33,172 nucleotides of DNA from Thermoproteota archaeon (GTDB taxonomy: Archaea; Thermoproteota; Thermoprotei; Thermofilales; B9-G17). Under the pieces are notes generated by a model. The model ran no database searches, was not told the DNA's origin, and saw nothing but the letters and a program-made list of their open reading frames with translations. The stretch covers positions 1-33,172 of the forward strand of contig JAPDJW010000025.1 in NCBI GenBank assembly GCA_029258885.1. The letters are read 5' to 3'. The stretch's first letter is position 1. Each line of letters starts with the position of its first letter. Positions 26,519 through 33,172 of the stretch are shown piece after piece. The position numbers and the translations under genes were made by a program.

Positions 26519-28699
26519 CTAAAGGTAAGTGTCTAGAGTTATTCTGTCGGGTAATGTCAATAAATTCTCCTCTTTTCCGCCCTCCAGGAAATTTTTAATA
26601 CTTTTAGCGATCTCTGGCCCGATTAATGGGACAGACCTTAAATCGTTTAATGATGCCTTCCTTAAGTCATCAAGAGTTTTAAAGCCGTATCTATACAGCA
26701 TTCTTGCCCTGACCCTACCTATTCCAGGTATCTTTACAAGTTCAAGCAACTCCTCTTTAACGCCATATTTTACTCTCGTCCTCAGCGTTGACAGAGGAAT
26801 TATATGTTCAATATAGCCTAAAGTTTTAGATAGTTCCAGACTTGCATATAGTAACCATTCGGCAGATTGAGTTATATTGTAAATATCCCCTGATCCCACA
26901 TTATATTTCTCGATTATAGCATCCTCGGGAAGTTCATTAATCCAGTCCATTATTAGGAGAGATGTTTTCATAAATGATGCTATGATGTACTCGTCATATT
27001 CATCCTGCGGCAATGCTACATTAATTCTATCGGCATGCGAATAAAAGAATTTGAGATACTTCTCCCTCTCTCCTCTTCTAACATATAGTTTAGGCATATC
27101 AGGTGTTTGGCTTATTGAGAATAAGTAGCTTATTATGTCGCCCGGATTTACACTTTTTAGCATATCTCTAATTATAACGGCAGAATATGGATCTATATAA
27201 AGCTGGGAAACCCTAATCCCCAACGGTGTCGCCTTGAGAATACTATCCTCGCTTAATACCATATCATGCTCAATTAAGAAAGTTAGAGATCTTTTCATGT
27301 TCAACATTATGTTGTTAATACCAAACTGGTATGAGAAGAAGGTATGAGAGAATATATCAGCTAATTTAGCCTTGCTTATCGACACATTCATGGCAACTGT
27401 TGCTAGGATATGTGATCTTAACGCCTTTTCAACAGAAAGTTTAGATACTATTGCTTCAGGCTCAGCCTTTACATATTCATTCATTAACATATCGAATTCA
27501 TCCATAGTTTTAGCTATAAGAACAGATTCCCCATACTTATCATACTTTGGTCTACCAGCCCGCCCCGCCATCTGCTTATACTCCAAAACCGGTATTAAGT
27601 CATAATACCCAAGTTCAACATTATACCTTCTATATGAGCTTATAATAACTCTTCTTGCTGGTAAGTTTACTCCAGCAGCTAACGTCGGTGTTGCAACAAT
27701 AACTTTTACAATATTTTCTCTGAAAGCTTTTTCTAAAATCCTCCTTGCCCCATAGGATAGACCTGCATGGTGAAAAGCAGCACCTCCCTCTATTAGTCTA
27801 GCTAACATTTTGCCTATTCTGTTAGGTTCCACTGAAAGTACATTCTTTGATATCTCCCTCAGATCCCTCTTATCGCTCCTAGAAAGTATTTCTCTCATAA
27901 AGTATTCGATTCTCTTGGCAGTAGCCATGGCGTTTAGCCTAGTATTTGAAAAGATAAGCACCTGGCCGCCTTCTTTTAAAGTATCTAAAGTTAGACTCAC
28001 TACTGGTGGTTCGCGACCATGAATATCCTTTACGCTTCCATCGTTAAAGTAAATAACCTTATCATAGAAAACTCCTTCCTTAAGTGGTACCGGCCGCCAA
28101 TTACTCTTAACCAGTGTCCCATTAAGCCAACTAGCTATATCTCCAGCATTTTTAATGGTTGCGCTTAAGGCCAATATTTGAATATCTCTATCCTCCGAGA
28201 ACAATCTCGCAATAAACATTTCTAACGTTGGTCCCCTGTCAACATTACTTATAAGATGTATCTCATCTGCTACTACCAATTTTATGTCCTTAAGCCAGGG
28301 AGCTCTATGCCTTACTAGGCTATCTGCCTTCTCATTCGTAGTCACTATGATATCATACTCGCTAAGCCATGGATCCGAAGAATCATAATCGCCTGTTGTA
28401 AGCCCAACTTTCAAGCCAAGTCTCTCATACAGTTTAAATTCATCGTACTTTTCATATGCAAGCGCTCTCAGTGGTGTTAGGTACAAAACTTTTCCCCTTT
28501 CCTCGTACGCCTTTTTCAGCATTGCCAACTCAGCTATCAATGTCTTTCCTGAAGCCGTAGGTGCACTTACAACTAAATTACGACCCTTAAGCAAACCCTT
28601 TTTAACGGCCTCCTCTTGCGGGGGATATAAGGTCGAATAACCTTTTTCCTTAAGTATTTGCTTTATTTTGTGATGCAAATCTAATTCGTCTATCTTCAT
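26519..28699 (-). CDS. hel308: Hel308/Hjm Ski2-like DNA helicase
   Basis: SAPTASGKT, VADEIH, LSAT, FHHAGL, TPTLAAGVNLPA, QMAGRAGRP and C-terminal HhH IPGIGRVRAR. Confidence 0.95.
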   Translation of the reverse strand: MKIDELDLHHKIKQILKEKGYSTLYPPQEEAVKKGLLKGRNLVVSAPTASGKTLIAELAMLKKAYEERGKVLYLTPLRALAYEKYDEFKLYERLGLKVGLTTGDYDSSDPWLSEYDIIVTTNEKADSLVRHRAPWLKDIKLVVADEIHLISNVDRGPTLEMFIARLFSEDRDIQILALSATIKNAGDIASWLNGTLVKSNWRPVPLKEGVFYDKVIYFNDGSVKDIHGREPPVVSLTLDTLKEGGQVLIFSNTRLNAMATAKRIEYFMREILSRSDKRDLREISKNVLSVEPNRIGKMLARLIEGGAAFHHAGLSYGARRILEKAFRENIVKVIVATPTLAAGVNLPARRVIISSYRRYNVELGYYDLIPVLEYKQMAGRAGRPKYDKYGESVLIAKTMDEFDMLMNEYVKAEPEAIVSKLSVEKALRSHILATVAMNVSISKAKLADIFSHTFFSYQFGINNIMLNMKRSLTFLIEHDMVLSEDSILKATPLGIRVSQLYIDPYSAVIIRDMLKSVNPGDIISYLFSISQTPDMPKLYVRRGEREKYLKFFYSHADRINVALPQDEYDEYIIASFMKTSLLIMDWINELPEDAIIEKYNVGSGDIYNITQSAEWLLYASLELSKTLGYIEHIIPLSTLRTRVKYGVKEELLELVKIPGIGRVRARMLYRYGFKTLDDLRKASLNDLRSVPLIGPEIAKSIKNFLEGGKEENLLTLPDRITLDTYL

Positions 28700-28876
28700 A
28701 TCAATGCCTATAACTTTCTATTCTCATTTAGGCGATGAGGAAGTATTACTACATTATCGTTACTTATTCTTCCTCTTAAAGTTTCTGAGCATAAAAAGAA
28801 TACAGGTACCAACTAGTTGATGCGAAAGTATATATAAGCCTGCTTTTCCTATAATTTACACTCGCGGGGGTTGCTC

Positions 28877-29158
28877 ATGCCTAGACCAGCGTATAGATCG
28901 AGGACTATTAAGAGAAAAGTTGTTCGTACACCAGGAGGACGATTAGTTGTCCATTATTTCAGAAGGAAATTGAATCCACCCCGATGCGCATTATGTAAGA
29001 AACCACTGCCGGGATTTCCGAAGATGAGGCTAAAAGATGCTAGAAAAGGCCATAGACCGCCGACAAGGATATATGGCGGATTTTTATGTGCTAGTTGTTT
29101 GAGATCACTTATCAAGAAAAGCGTAAGACAAGGTAAGGTAGCTGAGCATGAACTCTAA
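28877..29158 (+). CDS. rpl34e: 50S ribosomal protein L34e
   Basis: MPRPAYRS, RTPGGR, CALC and RIYGGFLCASC; start ATG 28877. Confidence 0.95.
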   Translation: MPRPAYRSRTIKRKVVRTPGGRLVVHYFRRKLNPPRCALCKKPLPGFPKMRLKDARKGHRPPTRIYGGFLCASCLRSLIKKSVRQGKVAEHEL

Positions 29159-29708
29159 TCCGCTGAAAATAGTTATTGCTATAAGTGGACAAGCCGGATC
29201 GGGAAAAACTACATACTCAAAGGCACTGGCTAAGACGTTTGGTCTTAGATATGTTTCTAGTGGTCTACTTTTTAGGAAACTTGCTAACGAGCTTGGCGTA
29301 AGTCTAGAGGAGTTCCATAAGATAGCGGAAAAAGAGCCAAAATATGATTTAATGGTGGATCAGAGAGCAATAGATGAAGCCGAAAGGGGAGGAGTGGTTA
29401 TAGAAGGTCATCTAGCTGCTTGGATACTAAAGGATTTAGCTGATATAAAGATATTCTTCAAAGCCCCGTTAGAAACAAGAGCTAAGAGAATAGCTGAAAG
29501 AGATGGAATAAGCTATGAAAATGCCCTAAGAGACATCCTCTTTAGAGAAGAGAGTAACAGGAAAAGAGGCCTAAAGCTATATAATATAGACATAACTGAT
29601 TGGAGCATATTTGATCTAATAATTGATACTGGTAATTTACCTGTAAACAGCATCATAAATATCGTTACGAACTATGTAACCCAGTACATTCTTGTTCATT
29701 ACTTTTAG
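29148..29708 (+). CDS. cmk: Cytidylate kinase (archaeal type)
   Basis: IAISGQAGSGKTT, SSGLLFR, VIEGHLAAW and RAKRIAERD; follows L34e as usual. Confidence 0.92.
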   Translation: MNSNPLKIVIAISGQAGSGKTTYSKALAKTFGLRYVSSGLLFRKLANELGVSLEEFHKIAEKEPKYDLMVDQRAIDEAERGGVVIEGHLAAWILKDLADIKIFFKAPLETRAKRIAERDGISYENALRDILFREESNRKRGLKLYNIDITDWSIFDLIIDTGNLPVNSIINIVTNYVTQYILVHYF

Positions 29709-29822
29709 GAATTGTTCTTCAAACAGTATTTTCAAACGTAGAATTAATGAGAAAAACTTCTAGAAAATAATCCTTTTACATTGAATGCCCCTCCGACAGA
29801 TGAATGTAGAGTTAAACATAGG

Positions 29823-29896
29823 TGGGGCCGCGGGGATTTGAACCCCGGACCACCTGGGCCCGAGCCAGGCATCCTACCAGGCTGGACTACGGCATA
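29823..29896 (-). tRNA. tRNA-Pro(CGG), intronless, with positions 1-3 encoded as TAT instead of GGG
   Basis: Minus strand: TAT-GCCG TA GTCC AGCCTGGTA GGAT G CCTGG CT-CGG-GC CCAGG TGGTC CGGGG TTCAAAT CCCCG CGGCCCC A. All arms pair except base pairs 1-3. Confidence 0.88.
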
Positions 29897-29918
29897 TTAA
29901 TAGACAAAAGTATTTTCT

Positions 29919-29930
29919 CATATACTTTTC
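29919..29930 (-). promoter_or_regulatory. BRE/TATA-like element of tRNA-Pro
   Basis: GAAAAG-TATATG; TATAT ends 23 nt before nominal position 1. Confidence 0.5.
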
Positions 29931-30002
29931 GATAAGGGAGCCCATCAATCAAGCCACTAGCTTTATTAAATTACACTACTATATTAACTCGTCTGATAAA
30001 GG

Positions 30003-31343
30003 ATGAGGGTCCAAAGCACTGATAGAATGATGAATAGTATGGAAATGCCGGTTAATATAGTAGACACATCCATGAAGATATTGAAGAAATATCCTTTATG
30101 TTCTAGGTGTTTGGGCAGACAGTATGCTCTTTTGGGCAAACAACTTAGCAATCTAGAGAGAGGTGAAGCGATAAAGACCGTACTTCTCATGGAGATACAT
30201 AACAAGCTGATGAGAAATAGCGATGCATATAGGGAGGAACTAAAGGCTTTAGCTAGAAGCCAGTTTAAAAGAGCCCAAATATTATACGAAAACCTATATG
30301 GAGAGAAAATATCGGAGGAAAAATGCTATATTTGTAGCAATTTATGGGAAAAACTTGATATAATTGCAGAAAAAGTAATTAATTTAATTGAAAATATAGA
30401 GTTTAATACGTTTCTAGTAGGCTGTCGAATTCCGGTCGAAATAATTGAGAAAGAAGATAATTTAAGGGCTGAATTTAAACTTGAATACGGTGAATCATTT
30501 AAAAATAACTTCAATAGAGAATTAGGTCGTCTCATTAGGGATAAGCTAAATAAAGAAGTAGATTTTCAGAAACCGGAGATAACGATTATTGTTGAACCAT
30601 TTACTGAAAAAGTTGAAATAGTTATATCTCCCCTCTTCATATATGGACGTTACAGGAAACTTGTTCGCGGTCTTCCCCAGACCCGCTATAGGAAACACGA
30701 TAAATTAGGCCGCGTGGTTTACAATACATCTATTGAAGAAATAATAGGCGAACCATTGCTAGAGGCCGCACATGGTGAGGAGTTTAAATTTCATGGAGCA
30801 GGAAGAGAAGACATAGACGTAAGAATGCTAGGCAATGGAAGACCCTTTATAGTGGAAATTAAAAGACCTAAGAAAAGAAACTTGGATTTAAAGAAGTTAG
30901 AAGAGGTTATTAATGAAAAAGCTAATGGTTTAGTAGAAGTAACGGGTCTAAGATATTCAAATAGACATGAGGTAAGGGAATTAAAGAAAATGGCTGAAAT
31001 ATCGAAAAAGATCTATAGGGCCATTGTGGAGTTCGAGAAAGCGGTCTCAGATGAAGATATAGAGAAAATACTTCGAGAACTAAATGACATAACAGTCTTA
31101 CAGAGAACGCCTTTTAGAGTTCTTCATAGGAGAAAAGATAAAGTAAGAAGAAAAAGGGTATATGATATTAAAGTAAGAAAATTAGGTGATAATGTACTGG
31201 AAATAATACTTACCTGTCAGGGGGGCTTATACATTAAGGAATTCATTCATGGTGATGAAGGAAGAACTAATCCGAACATAGCGGACATAATAAATAATAC
31301 CGTTACCAAAATCGAACTAGATGTCTTAGACATTATATATTAG
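30003..31343 (+). CDS. pus10: tRNA pseudouridine(54/55) synthase Pus10
   Basis: YPLCSRCLGR, YIYGRY-like FIYGRYRKLVRGLPQT, FHGAGREDIDVRMLGNGRPF, QRTPFRV and GGLYIKEFIHGDEGRT. True start may be a downstream Met. Confidence 0.95.
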   Translation: MRVQSTDRMMNSMEMPVNIVDTSMKILKKYPLCSRCLGRQYALLGKQLSNLERGEAIKTVLLMEIHNKLMRNSDAYREELKALARSQFKRAQILYENLYGEKISEEKCYICSNLWEKLDIIAEKVINLIENIEFNTFLVGCRIPVEIIEKEDNLRAEFKLEYGESFKNNFNRELGRLIRDKLNKEVDFQKPEITIIVEPFTEKVEIVISPLFIYGRYRKLVRGLPQTRYRKHDKLGRVVYNTSIEEIIGEPLLEAAHGEEFKFHGAGREDIDVRMLGNGRPFIVEIKRPKKRNLDLKKLEEVINEKANGLVEVTGLRYSNRHEVRELKKMAEISKKIYRAIVEFEKAVSDEDIEKILRELNDITVLQRTPFRVLHRRKDKVRRKRVYDIKVRKLGDNVLEIILTCQGGLYIKEFIHGDEGRTNPNIADIINNTVTKIELDVLDIIY

Positions 31344-31351
31344 ATTTAGCG

Positions 31352-31867
31352 TTATTTTAGTAGGGTTAGTATAATTTTCCATAATTTATCGTTGTAATAA
31401 TGTATATTTTTTATCGCCCTCCCCTTCTTAGACTCAAGAATCTGATCTTTATTCATTAACGCCTCTCCTATAGCGTAAACTTTAAACGATTTTTCTTCGC
31501 GGATTAAACATATATCGCCTTTCTTTAGCTCGCCTCTTATCTGAGTTATCCCTGGAACCATAACATCTGCGCCATTCAGTATATACTTTACCGCCCCAAC
31601 ATCAGTGATAACTGAAGGTATTTCTATGTTTTTAAACATCAATGGTAGAAAAAGCGTAGGGTAAACTTTTTCGCCCTTTTTCTTTCTGAAAAATAGTGGT
31701 TTACCATCACATCTATATACTACATATCCTACTCTAAGGAGAATATATTCTATAGAAGCAAAGCCTCTTACTATATCTAATGCATCATTGCTTAAGAACG
31801 ATAATTCATTTATGAACCTTCGCTTCTCTTTACTGCTTAGCCTGTAACTAGTGACTACGAACTTCAT
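31352..31867 (-). CDS. PUA-domain RNA-binding protein (DUF1947/MCT-1-like)
   Basis: YPTL, VITDVGAVKYILNGADVMVPGI and GRAIKNIHYYND motifs. Confidence 0.88.
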   Translation of the reverse strand: MKFVVTSYRLSSKEKRRFINELSFLSNDALDIVRGFASIEYILLRVGYVVYRCDGKPLFFRKKKGEKVYPTLFLPLMFKNIEIPSVITDVGAVKYILNGADVMVPGITQIRGELKKGDICLIREEKSFKVYAIGEALMNKDQILESKKGRAIKNIHYYNDKLWKIILTLLK

Positions 31868-31963
31868 GCTCCCAGAACTGTTAAACGTAAATGTTTATAT
31901 ATATCATTATACTCTATGAGGAGAAGAGGCTGGTGACTTAGACGCATCCTTGAGGTGCATTGT

Positions 31964-32185
31964 ATGGCTGGAGCGTCAGAGGTATTAATGGAGTCACTTG
32001 GCTCGATAGTATTAGTTAGGTTAAAAGGTGGAAGAGAAGTAAGAGGTATTTTGAAAAGTTTTGATCAACATTTGAACTTAGTCTTAGATAATGCTGAAGA
32101 GATAAGGAATGAAAAATCCAGAAAACTTGGACTAATAATTGTGCGGGGAGATAATGTGGTTTTAATAAGTCCTGTAAGCAGGTGA
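31964..32185 (+). CDS. Sm-like archaeal protein (SmAP1/Lsm)
   Basis: [26 protein letters not shown] and [13 protein letters not shown]; upstream of L37e as usual. Confidence 0.95.
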   Translation: MAGASEVLMESLGSIVLVRLKGGREVRGILKSFDQHLNLVLDNAEEIRNEKSRKLGLIIVRGDNVVLISPVSR

Positions 32186-32189
32186 TAAC

Positions 32190-32378
32190 GTGGTAAAGGG
32201 CACTACTTCTTTCGGAAAAAGAGGAAAAGGCAAGACGCATATAAGGTGCAGAAGATGTGGAAGACATAGCTATAATATAAGGAAACACTATTGTGCTGCA
32301 TGTGGTTTTGGTAGATCAAGTAAAATGAGAAAATTTAAGTGGGCTAATAAAAAGGTTAATCGTGTTCGAATAGTATAG
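32190..32378 (+). CDS. rpl37e: 50S ribosomal protein L37e
   Basis: [22 protein letters not shown] and CAACGFG motifs; GTG start. Confidence 0.96.
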   Translation: MVKGTTSFGKRGKGKTHIRCRRCGRHSYNIRKHYCAACGFGRSSKMRKFKWANKKVNRVRIV

Positions 32379-32487
32379 AGAGAATGAACGATAGGTACCT
32401 GCACGGCATAAAAAGAGGCAATATTAAAATCTGTCTTTGTGCATAATTTAATTTAGCTATCGTTATAGCTATATGTGGGGGGATATT

Positions 32488-32793
32488 ATGCCCAGAAAAG
32501 GTGTTAAGGGATTAGATATTACGTCGCTTCCCTATAGGATTAAAATATATTCAAATGGTCAAGTTCTAATACCTGCTAGACTAGTTAGAAGCTTGGGAAT
32601 AGAGCACCTAAAGTATGCCAACATTACCCTTAAAGTAAAGGGCGAGAAGATAATTAGTATTAAGAAAGCTAAACTGTTGAGAACAAAGCATACATCTTCG
32701 AGACAATTTACATTACCGAAATCCATAAGGCTAAAGTATAAACTACTACCCGAAGAAGAAATAGAGGTTCTTAATATAGTTCCTGCTAAATAG
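32488..32793 (+). CDS. Tandem AbrB/MazE/SpoVT-like DNA-binding protein
   Basis: Two swapped-hairpin-like motifs: KIYSNGQVLIPARLVRSLGI and TSSRQFTLPKSIRLKYKL. Confidence 0.75.
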   Translation: MPRKGVKGLDITSLPYRIKIYSNGQVLIPARLVRSLGIEHLKYANITLKVKGEKIISIKKAKLLRTKHTSSRQFTLPKSIRLKYKLLPEEEIEVLNIVPAK

Positions 32794-32891
32794 CGCCGGG
32801 GGTGGGATTTGAACCCACGAGGGCCTTCTGGCCCACCGGGTTTCTTGAAAGATCTCGAGCCCGGCGCCTTGGTCCACTCGGCCACCCCGGC
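32794..32891 (-). tRNA. tRNA-Ser(CGA) with 12-nt intron at 37/38 (32842-32853)
   Basis: GCCGGGG/CCCCGGC acceptor stem fully paired, CCGGG-CT-CGA-G[intron]A-CCCGG, long variable arm GGGCC-AGAA-GGCCC, T loop TTCAAAT, G73. Confidence 0.93.
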
Positions 32892-32944
32892 CCAAATATT
32901 TACTTCTTATGTAAATATATATTTACTTTGCTATGTCCTCGCTA

Positions 32945-33172
32945 GTGCTGATAACTTTATGCAATATGCATTACCTCACGTACAAGCCAGCATAATCTAG
33001 CAAACTCATCCAGAGGCTCTAAGCCTAAAGGCGGAAAACCTAAGCTTAAATAAGTTCTAACGTAATTGTAGAAGGCAAGCCAGGCGCTAATCCAGGAAAT
33101 AGCACTAGTAAAACACTTAAGGCTTAAACGCGGGAAACAAACGTCAAAGCCCCATCCTTCAACATTCAATGA
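32945..33172 (-). mobile_element. Right end of a second copy of the same IS-like element, inverted, truncated by window edge
   Basis: Frame encodes CFTSAISWISAWLAFYNYVRTYLSLGFPP...HIA*, resembling a DDE transposase tail; about 94% identical to 1-126. Confidence 0.7.

Noticed and set aside
29780-29822. Permuted tRNA-Pro with GGG supplied from the downstream GGAGGGGCAT
   Set aside because: Leader and trailer do not form a BHB at the 3/4 junction; only a 5-bp chance match.
29823-29893. tRNA-Pro as an att-site duplicate of an integrated element
   Set aside because: 70 nt of intact tRNA with its own promoter, flanked by core genes cmk and pus10; no integrase or second copy in the window.
29894-29943. 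Cis intron at 3/4 of tRNA-Pro joining the upstream GGG (29941-43) to position 4 across 47 nt containing an AAAAGTAT/ATACTTTT hairpin
   Set aside because: The required 4-bp BHB central helix (GAUG with UAAU) does not form, and the putative intron contains the tRNA's own BRE/TATA.
31916-31954. C/D-like ATGAGGA...GTGA...TTGA upstream of the Sm gene
   Set aside because: Too short, boxes degenerate, and TTGAGGTG is better explained as the SD.
286-32288. Numerous short antisense or alternate-frame ORFs inside recognised genes (e.g. 286..513, 7119..7472, 10408..10761, 13816..14166, 24329..24679, 32016..32288)
   Set aside because: Shadows of well-supported genes, without motifs or start signals.
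32559-33000. ORFs 32559..32885 (-) and 32809..33000 (+)
   Set aside because: They overlap tRNA-Ser, the AbrB-like gene and the IS end; no protein-like features.
1-33172. CRISPR array, rRNA, inteins, defence or toxin loci
   Set aside because: No regularly spaced repeats, no rRNA-like tract, and rgy, infB, cdc6 and hel308 have normal lengths without intein motifs.

Overview
AT-rich window from a hyperthermophilic TACK/Thermoprotei-type archaeon. The inference rests on reverse gyrase, Alba, Cdc6/Orc1, Hel308, Pus10, archaeal r-proteins, type-2 IDI and BHB-type tRNA introns including a non-canonical one. It is mostly housekeeping DNA: translation, replication/repair, mevalonate pathway and a 2-oxoacid:ferredoxin oxidoreductase GDAB operon. 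Both ends carry inward-facing, about 94% identical right ends of one IS-like element. There are three tRNA genes: Arg-UCU with two introns, Pro-CGG, and Ser-CGA with one intron. At least two box C/D sRNAs are present. Most striking signals: (1) two of the three tRNA genes have a 5' acceptor strand that does not pair with the 3' strand (tRNA-Pro has TAT where GGG is required; tRNA-Arg has a U2:C71 mismatch) while the rest of each cloverleaf is intact, suggesting 5'-end repair/editing such as Thg1-like 3'-5' G addition; (2) an XPD/Rad3-like protein that keeps four FeS-type cysteines but has lost the ATPase/helicase motifs; (3) both IS ends lie the same distance upstream of a BRE/TATA-like element; (4) an unannotated 35-aa Lys-rich ORF coupled to a wHTH gene. 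All family calls are by motif recognition only; no searches were run.
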